A stretch of 64,000 nt of DNA from NCBI GenBank assembly GCA_964645585.1, contig CAZYAN010000003.1:10673-74672 (forward strand), written 5' to 3'. Shown here in pieces: positions 1 to 8,909 of the stretch (position 1 is its first letter; each line of letters starts with the position of its first letter). Origin of the DNA: an uncultured Opitutales bacterium (lineage in GTDB: Bacteria > Verrucomicrobiota > Verrucomicrobiia > Opitutales > T3Sed10-336). The position numbers and the translations under genes were made by a program. The notes below the pieces were generated by a model that ran no database searches, was not told the DNA's origin, and saw only the letters and a list, made by a program, of their open reading frames with translations.

Positions 1-1059
1 CTCGGCGTCGTTCTCTGCCTTTACCTCTTCATCGTTGGTATCAGCGGCATGGGCGACGCCTTCAAAATGTTTGGCGCGGATTTCGCCAACCGGGTCCTGG
101 CGGCCACCGAGAATCCGCTCGCCGCTCTGTGCATGGGGATCCTCGCCACCGCGATCGTGCAGAGTTCCTCGACAACAACCTCCATCATTGTCGGGATGGT
201 TGGCGGCGGTGCCTTGTCGCTGGAAGCCGCCATCTCCATGATCATGGGGGCCAATATCGGCACGACACTCACGGCGTTTCTGGTTTCGTTCGGGCATATT
301 CGCCGGCCGCGGGAATTTGAACGGGCATTCCCGGCCGCGCTCCTCCACCTGACCTTCAATCTCCTTTCGGTGAGTATCCTGTTCCCGCTGCAACAGGCGA
401 CCGGCCTGCTCACCACCCTCGCCCAAGGCGCCCAGGGATTGTTTGCCGGAATCGGCGGCATGACGCTGACAAATCCGCTCCAGCAAGCGACGGGGCCAGC
501 GATCGAGCTCTTGAAGTTCCTCTGCTTCAATAACGCGATCGTCCTTTTGATCGCCACCATTTTCATCACGTACGCGACGCTTGTCGGGATCGTTAAGCTC
601 CTCCGCAGTTTGGTGCTCACCCGGATCGAAAGCTTCTTTGACCGTTACCTCTTCCTCAATTGGCGTCGCTCGATGGGTTTTGGCTTCCTCCTGACGGTCG
701 CCGTTCAAAGCAGCTCGATCACCACGAGTATCGCGATTCCCCTCGCCGGCGCCGGCATTCTCAAGCCCTTCCAAGTCTATCCGTTCAATCTCGGAGCCAA
801 CGTGGGAACAACGATCACCGCGATGCTCGCCTCCCTCGCCACCGGCGCGGCCATCCCAGTGACGGCCGCTTTCTCGCACGTCCTGTTTAACGTCCTCGGT
901 ATTCTCCTGATTTGGTCGGTTCCGCCCGTTCGCCGGCTCCCGCTCCTGGCAGCGGAGAAAATTGCCGCCGCCGCCAGCCGAAAGAGGATGGTCCCGATCT
1001 TGATGGCCGCGAGCATTTACTTTGTGATCCCGCTCACTATCATCCTGCTACTCAAATAA
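1..1059 (+). CDS. Na+/phosphate cotransporter (SLC34/NptA family), 5' end outside window
   Basis: Frame is open from base 1 (LGVVLCLYLFIVGISGM...). Two QSSS repeats (IVQSSSTTTS, AVQSSSITTS) and two GANIGTT/GANVGTT motifs are typical of this family; many TM segments. Confidence 0.93.
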   Translation, partial: LGVVLCLYLFIVGISGMGDAFKMFGADFANRVLAATENPLAALCMGILATAIVQSSSTTTSIIVGMVGGGALSLEAAISMIMGANIGTTLTAFLVSFGHIRRPREFERAFPAALLHLTFNLLSVSILFPLQQATGLLTTLAQGAQGLFAGIGGMTLTNPLQQATGPAIELLKFLCFNNAIVLLIATIFITYATLVGIVKLLRSLVLTRIESFFDRYLFLNWRRSMGFGFLLTVAVQSSSITTSIAIPLAGAGILKPFQVYPFNLGANVGTTITAMLASLATGAAIPVTAAFSHVLFNVLGILLIWSVPPVRRLPLLAAEKIAAAASRKRMVPILMAASIYFVIPLTIILLLK

Positions 1060-1063
1060 CGTC

Positions 1064-1765
1064 ATGTGGAAAAATATCCGGAGCCTCTTTCAAAAAGACG
1101 ATTTGTTCACCCAGGCAATCGAGGAATCATACAAGATGCTCGATCTCGACCTGAAGATGTTCGAGGCGTCGATCGACAGTCTGCGCTATGCGGACACGGG
1201 CGAAGTAGCCATCGACATCTACGAGATGGACAAACAGATCAACGCCTATGAAAGGGATGTCCGGCGAAAGGTGATGACGCACTTGACGATCAGCGGCCCG
1301 GCGGATCTCGCGGCCGGACTCGTCCTTGTCAGTGTGGTGATCGATATCGAACGCATTGGCGACTACGCGAAGAATATTTGCGACCTCGCAAAAGCCCACC
1401 CTGCCAAACTCCATGGCGGAAGTCTCGAACCCGAACTCGCTGAAATCGAAGACCGCGTCAAAACCACGTTCAAAGAGACCGTTCCCGCCTTCCGAACGAA
1501 CGACATCGACAAGGCCCGGATGATCATGACGGACTATAAGGAGGAACTTTCGGTCATGTGCGAAAGCATCGTCAGCCGCATCGTTTCCGGCACCGTCACC
1601 GATCTAAGCCCGGCCGACGCCGCCGCCGTCGTCCTTTACGTCCGCCACCTGAAGCGGATCGCCGCGCATTCGCGCAATATTCTGACCAGCATCGTCAACC
1701 CGTTCCATCGAATCGGCTACCGGGAAAAGAATCCGAAGAACAAAAAGAAGCAGGAGAATGGCTGA
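1064..1765 (+). CDS. phoU: PhoU-domain phosphate transport regulatory protein
   Basis: MDKQINAYE...DIERIGDYAKNI and HLKRIAAHSRNI PhoU repeats; 4 bp downstream of the Na/Pi transporter. Confidence 0.85.
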   Translation: MWKNIRSLFQKDDLFTQAIEESYKMLDLDLKMFEASIDSLRYADTGEVAIDIYEMDKQINAYERDVRRKVMTHLTISGPADLAAGLVLVSVVIDIERIGDYAKNICDLAKAHPAKLHGGSLEPELAEIEDRVKTTFKETVPAFRTNDIDKARMIMTDYKEELSVMCESIVSRIVSGTVTDLSPADAAAVVLYVRHLKRIAAHSRNILTSIVNPFHRIGYREKNPKNKKKQENG

Positions 1766-4700
1766 TTCCACCCCTCCCCTGGGCAGGACCGGCCGCTCGA
1801 AGGGTTGCCTTTCGCGGCTGCTCGCCCTGTTTGCCCTCCTCGTCCTCACGGTTCCCGCCGCCCGGAGCGAGGCGCCGCTCGTTCTCCACCGCCAATCGGT
1901 CTCTCGACCGGTCGGCCCGGGCGTCGAGCTCACTCAAATTCGCCAATTCGATTCCGATGGCTGGCTCAACTTGACGGTCTTGGAAATCGACCTCACCGAA
2001 CCAGCCGTCGAAATCGACACGATACTCGGCAATAACCGGCTGACCGGCTCCCAGGAGTTTTCCGTGACGGCCGCGGAAAGCGGCGCGATCGCCGGAATCA
2101 ATGGCGATTTTTTTCACATCCAGACAACCCGCGCGCCGATCGGCATTCATGTTCAATCCGGCGAACTGTTCAAATCGCCGCCCCAGGGAACCCTAGCTGT
2201 CGGTTTTTTTAACGATCGCGGCCGAGCGCCTCTCATCGGCGAAATTGGCTTCCGCGGTCAGGTCACCGCGCCAAACGGAGCACGCCGCCGCCTCGACGCC
2301 TGGAATCCTGCCGGCCTTCCGCCCCATGGATTGGCTTTCTACAATCACCGCTGGGATTCCGCCGCGCCAGGTGCCGGCAGCCCTGATATGCCCGCTGATG
2401 GCCTGGTCCACGTTGTGCTCAACGCAAGCCAGCGCGTAGAAGCGGTCCTTCAAGACAGCCCGGGACCGCGGGTGCCGGATGGCGGAGGCGTTCTCGCGGG
2501 CCGGGGCGACGGTGCCTCCTGGCTGCTGGAACACGCGCGTACGGGGAAAATGCTTACCGTCGACGTCCGCCTTGATCCTCCGTCGCTGCGAGCGGCGATC
2601 GGCGGACGGCCCGTACTCCTCCAAAACGGCGAGATACCGCCCGATTTCGACGACGCGATCCATCCGCGAAGCGCGATCGGATTCAACCGAGACGGCACGC
2701 GCGCCTGGTGGGTGGTCGTCGACGGCCGCAGCACCCTGAGCCGCGGAGTGACCTTGCACCAGATGGCGCGGCTTCTGAAAGATTTCGGCGCGACCGAAGC
2801 CCTCAATCTCGACGGCGGCGGTTCCGCTACTCTCCTCGCGCGCACACCCGGCGAATGGCAGCCGATCGTCTGGAACCTTCCTTCCGACGGACGCGAGCGT
2901 CCTCTTCCAAACGGACTTGGCATTTTCAATCACACACCCGCCGGCGCCATGAACCAGCTCCTGATTCCACTCCCTCCCCCAAACGATCCCCATCTGATCG
3001 AGTCGATCGAATTTCGCGTCGCGCCCGGCGCGACCGTCCTTCCATCCGCGGTCGCTGTCGACGCCCAGAACAACCGGGTCGAACTGCCTGGCGAAATTGT
3101 CTGGAGTGTTTCACCGAAGCATTTAGGAACGTTCGCGCCCGATGGAACTTTCACGGCAAGTCAACCGGGCCGCGGCACCATTACCGCCTCCGTCACAGTC
3201 GGCGACCAAACATTTTCAGCTTCACAGCCGCTGCGCGTAATCGGCGAACCGGTGGCTCTGCGCATTGAGCCCGGAGACTTGGCTGTCGGTCCGCGGGAAA
3301 CCGTTGAACTCCAGATCAACGCGGTCGATATTCACGGATTTTCCGCTCCCGTGCCGCCGGAAGACGTTCGCTGGAGCGTGCATGGATCGATCGGCACCGT
3401 GACTCCCGGCGGACATTTCACCGCCGCGGATGCAACCGCTTCAGGATCGGTGGACGCCACTTTCCGGGAGGCACGGGGCGTGGTGACCGTCGGAATTGGC
3501 GCCAGTCCCGAGCCGATTGCCGACTTCGGCAGCGAAGATGGCTGGACGGCGCTCGCGGCCCCCGAAGAAACCGCGAGCGCGGTTTCCGTGGTCGATCACC
3601 CGCCCTATTTGCGCGACGGCCGGGCGACGGCGAAACTCGCGTACGATTTCACCCACACCGGCCGCACCCGCGCGGCTTACCTGCGGCCGCCCGAAGGGGA
3701 TATTCGTTTGCCTGGCCGCCCGCTGAAGCTCGGTCTCTGGGTATTCGGGGACGGACATCAAGCCTGGTTGCGCGCCCGCATCGCCGACAGCAGCGGAACC
3801 GCTCGGGCGATCGATTTCGCCCGCCATGTCGATTGGACCGGCTGGCGTTATGTCGAGGCGGAAATCCCGCCGGGCACAGCCTACCCGATCGCTGTCCAGC
3901 GTATTTACGTCGCCGAAACCCGTCCGGACGCCCGCTACACAGGCGCCGTCTTCTTTGACCAATTACTCGTGGTCAATGCCCCGGAACTCGATCCCGCTTC
4001 CGTCATCACCCCGCCCGAAGTTCGTGATCCAGCGAATCGCCCGGTCGATTTTGCAGGTCCGGCACCGGAAAACGGCCGCTTTCGTTTCGTTGTTTTCGGT
4101 GACTCCAAAGTCCAGGCCGACCGTCCAGAAGCGGCGGAGACCGAGGTGCTGGCGGCTTTGATCGAAAGAATCAATGAACATGACGACATCGAGTTCGTCC
4201 TGTTTACCGGTGATCTGATCGAAAACGACACCGAAGCCAACTACACCTTTGGCCGGGATTTTCTCAATCGGTTGAAAAAGCCGTGTCACATGGCGATCGC
4301 CAACCATGAGATCGCGGGAAGCGACACCTGCGACCGCTACCGGAAGTTTTTTGGCGACACCTATTACGGGTTCAGTCACGGCAATTCGGAGTTTCTCATC
4401 CTCAATACCGCCCGTCCCGGCCTTCGGGAATCCGAGGAGCAACAATGGCCGTGGCTGCGCGATCGTGTCGAAGAGTCCAACGCAAAGAACCTGTTTCTCA
4501 TGACGCACACGCCGGTCGTCGACCCGATGCCCGGCGGAAAGACCGGCTGGACCGACGCCGGAGAGATCGCGATTTTCCAGCGACTCCTCGCCGATCACGC
4601 GGAGGAAGGCCGGAATGTCTATGTCTTTCACGGCCATGTCCATGGATTCGACCGTCGCGCGCATGACGGCGTGCAATATCTCACTTCGGCAGGCGCGGGC

Positions 4701-5060
4701 AGTCCGCTCTACCTGCCGCCCGACCGCGGAGGGTTCTTCCATTACGTCGTCGTGACTGTCGACGGCAGCGAGGTGACCTACCAGGTTATTCCCCTCTTGG
4801 AGGCGATTCGTCTGCCTGAACGCGTTCGTTTGCAGGCAGGCCAGACGGTGCGGCTCGATGCGCTAGGCATCGCCCCGGGCAATTTAGTCGCCTTTCCGTT
4901 GCGCTATCCGGCCGCGGTCGAGTGGGAATTTTCCAATCCGGGTATCGTTCGCGGAAATCCCGCCGACGGCACCCTGCTGGGAGTCGCCGCCGGTGAAACG
5001 AATCTGACCGTAGGCTCAGGCGGAATCACCGCTACGACAACAATCGTTGTGACGCCGTAA
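1758..5060 (+). CDS. Secreted phosphodiester glycosidase (NAGPA-like) with Ig-like/CBM-like domains and a C-terminal calcineurin-like metallophosphoesterase
   Basis: Signal peptide; NAGPA motifs GINGDFF, HPRSAIG, VVVDGR, ALNLDGGGS; metallophosphoesterase motifs FGDSK, FTGDL, ANHE, MTH, GHVH; start overlaps phoU stop. Confidence 0.85.
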   Translation: MADSTPPLGRTGRSKGCLSRLLALFALLVLTVPAARSEAPLVLHRQSVSRPVGPGVELTQIRQFDSDGWLNLTVLEIDLTEPAVEIDTILGNNRLTGSQEFSVTAAESGAIAGINGDFFHIQTTRAPIGIHVQSGELFKSPPQGTLAVGFFNDRGRAPLIGEIGFRGQVTAPNGARRRLDAWNPAGLPPHGLAFYNHRWDSAAPGAGSPDMPADGLVHVVLNASQRVEAVLQDSPGPRVPDGGGVLAGRGDGASWLLEHARTGKMLTVDVRLDPPSLRAAIGGRPVLLQNGEIPPDFDDAIHPRSAIGFNRDGTRAWWVVVDGRSTLSRGVTLHQMARLLKDFGATEALNLDGGGSATLLARTPGEWQPIVWNLPSDGRERPLPNGLGIFNHTPAGAMNQLLIPLPPPNDPHLIESIEFRVAPGATVLPSAVAVDAQNNRVELPGEIVWSVSPKHLGTFAPDGTFTASQPGRGTITASVTVGDQTFSASQPLRVIGEPVALRIEPGDLAVGPRETVELQINAVDIHGFSAPVPPEDVRWSVHGSIGTVTPGGHFTAADATASGSVDATFREARGVVTVGIGASPEPIADFGSEDGWTALAAPEETASAVSVVDHPPYLRDGRATAKLAYDFTHTGRTRAAYLRPPEGDIRLPGRPLKLGLWVFGDGHQAWLRARIADSSGTARAIDFARHVDWTGWRYVEAEIPPGTAYPIAVQRIYVAETRPDARYTGAVFFDQLLVVNAPELDPASVITPPEVRDPANRPVDFAGPAPENGRFRFVVFGDSKVQADRPEAAETEVLAALIERINEHDDIEFVLFTGDLIENDTEANYTFGRDFLNRLKKPCHMAIANHEIAGSDTCDRYRKFFGDTYYGFSHGNSEFLILNTARPGLRESEEQQWPWLRDRVEESNAKNLFLMTHTPVVDPMPGGKTGWTDAGEIAIFQRLLADHAEEGRNVYVFHGHVHGFDRRAHDGVQYLTSAGAGSPLYLPPDRGGFFHYVVVTVDGSEVTYQVIPLLEAIRLPERVRLQAGQTVRLDALGIAPGNLVAFPLRYPAAVEWEFSNPGIVRGNPADGTLLGVAAGETNLTVGSGGITATTTIVVTP

Positions 5061-5117
5061 CCGATTGTCGATCGACGGTCATCTCCGACGACTTTGCCCG
5101 CTCCACTGCGCCGCGGC

Positions 5118-6155
5118 TCAGATCGCCTTGTTGCGCACGCCGACCAGCCCTTGCTCAATCGCCACCTCAGCGATCTGAATGGCATTCAACGCCGCGCCCT
5201 TCCAGAGCTGATCGCCAACGACCCAGAAGGCCAAGCCGTTTTCAAAGACGAGATCGCGCCGGATCCGGCCGACGCCGCACTTGACCTTCTCCGCGTAGAA
5301 CAGAGGCATCGGATACTGCTGCGTCGCGGGGTCGTCCACAACTTCGCTTCCGGAAAACTCCTCCAGCACTTTCGCCGCCTCCGCGACATCGACCGGGCGC
5401 TCAAATTCGGCATTGATCGCCATGGAGTGAGCCCGCAGAACCGGCACGCGCACACAGGTCGTGGAGACACGCAAGTCCGCCAAATCGAGAATCTTCCGGC
5501 TTTCATTGGCCATTTTCAGCTCCTCGCGCGTGTAGCCGTTCTCCAAGAAGCTGTCGACCTGCGGCAGGACGTTAAAGGCGATCTGGTAGGGATACACCTT
5601 TGTCTGGAGCGGTTCGCCCGCCACAAAATCCTTCACCTGGTTCTCCAGTTCGCGCATCGCTTCCGCGCCCGAGCCGGAAACCGCTTGGTACGTAGCGGCA
5701 ATCACCTTTTTCAAGCCAAAGGCCCGGTGCAGCGGGTACAATCCCATCAAGGCGATCGCTGTCGAGCAGTTCGGATTCGCGATGATTCCCCGATGCTGCC
5801 GCATGGCCTCCGGATTGATCTCCGGAATGACCAGGGGCACCGATTCATCCATCCGAAACGCGGAACTGTTGTCAATGACGAGGCAGCCTCTTTCAACGGC
5901 GGCTGGAGCCAAATCCCGGGAAATTCCGGCACCGGCACTGAAGATCGCAATGTCAAGATCCTCAAAAGCTTCCGGCTTCGCCTCCTCGACCACTCCCGTG
6001 AAATCGTTGCATTGAATTTCCTTCCCCGCCGACCGGGCCGACGCAAGCAGCCGAATCTCCGATGCCGGGAAAGCGCGTTTCAACAACAGACGAAGCACTT
6101 CCGCGCCTACGGCACCCGTTGCTCCGACAATTCCTACTCTGTATTGATCGTTCAA
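5118..6155 (-). CDS. asd: Aspartate-semialdehyde dehydrogenase
   Basis: GIVGATGAVG, IDNSSAFRM, IIANPNCST, TCVRVPV, DQLWKGAALNAIQIAE. Probable TTG start at 6155 behind a GGAGGG SD; the ORF extends to 6197. Confidence 0.97.
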   Translation of the reverse strand: MNDQYRVGIVGATGAVGAEVLRLLLKRAFPASEIRLLASARSAGKEIQCNDFTGVVEEAKPEAFEDLDIAIFSAGAGISRDLAPAAVERGCLVIDNSSAFRMDESVPLVIPEINPEAMRQHRGIIANPNCSTAIALMGLYPLHRAFGLKKVIAATYQAVSGSGAEAMRELENQVKDFVAGEPLQTKVYPYQIAFNVLPQVDSFLENGYTREELKMANESRKILDLADLRVSTTCVRVPVLRAHSMAINAEFERPVDVAEAAKVLEEFSGSEVVDDPATQQYPMPLFYAEKVKCGVGRIRRDLVFENGLAFWVVGDQLWKGAALNAIQIAEVAIEQGLVGVRNKAI

Positions 6156-6199
6156 ATTTGATCCCTCCAAAAGCTTCTCTGTCAGAAGCATCTTCAAAA

Positions 6200-6819
6200 A
6201 CGAGCATCTCCCGTTCCGGAAGTCAAGAAATCGCGCGCATGCCGCAAACGCCTTCTCTCAACGCGGATTCCGTCATCGCATAAGCTTTCCGCTGAATACT
6301 CCAGGCGGGTTCACTCACTGCTATACATCTTTCCACTTCTTCAAATATTGCGAAATGCAAGATCAGGCGGCCCGTTGATAAAAAAACTTCTGTCTCATGC
6401 AAAATGCAATACAGCCTCCGAAAACAACAGTATATGCGTTACTTGCGAAGTCATATAGAAATGTTCCAAAACTCCGGTTTTTACCCATAAGAAATTTTAT
6501 AAGTCTTTTAAATACCCACCCGTACAGTCGGAACGCTGTTAAGCTTATAAATCCGTAAGCCGTTTTCTGTTCGACACTTCCATAATATCCTTTCGCATTA
6601 TATCCCCTATACATCAAAAAACGTTTACGTCCGTAATTCACTCACTGGTTACCGAATGATGATGAACATGTTAGCGAGAAAATTTCCCTTGCATCGTTCC
6701 GGAGAATTCAGGAAAGACCGCAATTGCAAGACGGGAAATCCCGGAAATCGGATGTAAGGTTAACCCTTACGGTTTCCGACCAATACAAGGAAATCCCTGA
6801 GAACATCATCATCTTCGAT
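6200..6819. promoter_or_regulatory. AT-rich divergent promoter region (asd / beta-helix gene) with candidate operator GTAAGG-N5-CCTTAC at 6754-6770
   Basis: Visibly AT-rich versus flanks; inverted repeat ~50 bp upstream of ATG 6820; recurrent CCRTAA hexamers; TTCACTCACTG direct repeat at 6310-6320 and 6637-6647. Confidence 0.5.
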
Positions 6820-8733
6820 ATGAATATCTGTCTATTTGCGCGTAAATCGCGCGCCATACGTAAAGCGCGAGGAGCCAGAGTGATCGCGGCCCTCGCCCTA
6901 TTCGCTTTTGCCGGTGCGCCGGCTCATGCGCTCTCCGTCAAGGATTTCGGCGCAACTGGCGACGGAAAAACCAATGACGCCAGTGCCTTCCAGGCGGCGA
7001 TCGACGAGGCGGCTTCCAAGCAGACCGTCGTCGAGGTCCCGGCGGGCCGCTACTACATCGGCAGCAATCTCGTCCTCAACAAAAAGGTTGAGATCAAGGG
7101 GCAAGGTCACGAACAGTCGGTGATCACCGGCCGGGGAGGAAAAGCCCGGCTGTTTGTCGAAGCCAGCGGAACGCGTTTCGCCGACCTCGGCTTTGAGGAT
7201 ATGACCGCGCCGATCGCACTGGTCAGCCGTTCGGGCTACACCTTGAAAGACGTCAGCGTTGTCCGCTGCCGCTTCGAGGACATTTATACCCTCGAACAGG
7301 CCCACCAGGGCGTGATCGGGCTCAGCACCTCGAACAAGGGCCAGCGTCAGCACCGGATCGACGACCTGGTGGTGCAGGACTCCATCTTCCGCAATATCGA
7401 GTCCGCGGCCATCAACGTCCGCGGCAACATCTCCCGGTGCCGGATCATCAACAACCAGTTCCTCGACATCGTCAATTCGAGCAAAGACGAAGGCCTGTCC
7501 GGCTGGCAGCTCGGCGGCTACGCCATTCGTCTCGGAGAAAGTTCCGACGACGCGAACATGGAAGAGGAGTTCGCCGATCAAGGCCGCCACCTCATCGAAG
7601 GAAACGTAATCCGAAACCTCCGGAAGACGACCGTGAAGGGAAATCTGAAAGCGATGCTTCTTTACGGAAACTTCATCCAGGTCCGCAACAATCTCTTTGA
7701 AGACCTCGACGGCGGCCCTTCCGGCGACGACGTTAACGCGATGTACTTCCGCGGCGCCTACAACGAAATCAGCGGCAACGTCATTCGTAATGTTCGCGGC
7801 TCCGACGACGACGGCGCCGTCTCCTTCAAGGGCGGGCTCGATCTCGGGAACCAGGGCAGTGTCGTCTTCCACAACTACATCGAAAACGTCGACGGCATGT
7901 CAGCGATCGAGGCGTCCAGCTCGGACATCGAAGTTTATGAGAACGAGGTCGTGAACTCAACCCGCGGATTTTACCAGCGGCACGGCACCAATGCCATTGT
8001 TCGCGACAACATCTTCCGCAACGCCGATACCCAGCTCCGCACCGAAGCCGGGGAAGTCGCGATCCACGGAAACTGGTACATCGATTCGGTCATCTGGCTG
8101 AGCACCCATCGCGGGGAGTCCGTGAATCGCGACGGTGTCTATATCTATGACAACCTCTTCCAGCGCGTCAAAGCTGACGCTTCCCAGATGATCCGCTTCT
8201 CGAACAACCCGGAAGAAAACTTCGTCTCCATTCGGAATAACCGGTTCGAATACACGAATTCCGGCAAGGATGGTGCCGTTGTTGATTTCAGTTCCAATGG
8301 CTCGCTCGATGAAGTGGAAATCATTGATAATCACGTTGAATATAAAGGCTCCGCTTCCTTCAGCTATGATACCGGGTCGGCGAAAAAGACTATTTCCGGG
8401 AACACCTCCAGCAGTAAGGGGTCGTTTTCCGACACTTCCGAATCAAATGAACAAGCGCCCGGCATTCCTCCTTCGATTCCGACCACTCCCGATACACTGG
8501 AGCGGCCGGATGATTTCAGGTTGAGCGCCGCCGCTGCCAATCCATCGATGGAATTGAGCTGGACCGGCCTCGAAGGGCATCTCTACCAGATCCAGTTTTC
8601 CAATGATCTCAAAACTTGGAACAACCACGGCGACCCGATCGCCGGAAATGGAAACGAAATCCGCGTGGAAAACCTTCCCGCCAGCAACGACAAATCGGCC
8701 TTCTACCGTCTCATGATCACCGGTCAGCCGTAA
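6820..8733 (+). CDS. Secreted right-handed beta-helix (pectin lyase-like) protein A with C-terminal W-Y-S-x-DL-x-x-W...FYR module
   Basis: Signal peptide ending AHA|LSV; Pectate_lyase_3-like start SVKDFGATGDGKTNDASAFQAAID..VPAGRY; Asn-ladder repeats; ATG 6820 preferred over TTG 6724. Confidence 0.85.
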   Translation: MNICLFARKSRAIRKARGARVIAALALFAFAGAPAHALSVKDFGATGDGKTNDASAFQAAIDEAASKQTVVEVPAGRYYIGSNLVLNKKVEIKGQGHEQSVITGRGGKARLFVEASGTRFADLGFEDMTAPIALVSRSGYTLKDVSVVRCRFEDIYTLEQAHQGVIGLSTSNKGQRQHRIDDLVVQDSIFRNIESAAINVRGNISRCRIINNQFLDIVNSSKDEGLSGWQLGGYAIRLGESSDDANMEEEFADQGRHLIEGNVIRNLRKTTVKGNLKAMLLYGNFIQVRNNLFEDLDGGPSGDDVNAMYFRGAYNEISGNVIRNVRGSDDDGAVSFKGGLDLGNQGSVVFHNYIENVDGMSAIEASSSDIEVYENEVVNSTRGFYQRHGTNAIVRDNIFRNADTQLRTEAGEVAIHGNWYIDSVIWLSTHRGESVNRDGVYIYDNLFQRVKADASQMIRFSNNPEENFVSIRNNRFEYTNSGKDGAVVDFSSNGSLDEVEIIDNHVEYKGSASFSYDTGSAKKTISGNTSSSKGSFSDTSESNEQAPGIPPSIPTTPDTLERPDDFRLSAAAANPSMELSWTGLEGHLYQIQFSNDLKTWNNHGDPIAGNGNEIRVENLPASNDKSAFYRLMITGQP

Positions 8734-8757
8734 GCGCCAGCCGCGGCGATTCGATCG

Positions 8758-8787
8758 GGTGATCCGACATCGGCCATCACCTTTTTT
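8758..8787 (+). terminator. Probable intrinsic terminator after beta-helix gene A
   Basis: GGTGAT-CCGA-CA-TCGG-cc-ATCACC hairpin followed by TTTTTT. Confidence 0.6.
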
Positions 8788-8909
8788 CATTCTTAACCGG
8801 CAACAGACTGCCCCAGCCGCCGACTCAGTCCCTGGCCGGCCGATCGACACGATCCGCCGGCCGGGCTCCCCTATTTGTCACCATTTCTTCACTACAAAAT
8901 CGAGCCATA

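Noticed and set aside
5094-6161. 355-aa + strand ORF
   Set aside because: Antisense shadow of asd; no motifs. Such shadows are common in GC-rich DNA.
6363-6641. 92-aa minus-strand ORF in the AT-rich spacer
   Set aside because: GTG start, atypical composition, and YG repeats explained by the CCRTA DNA motif; no homology evidence. Not fully excluded.
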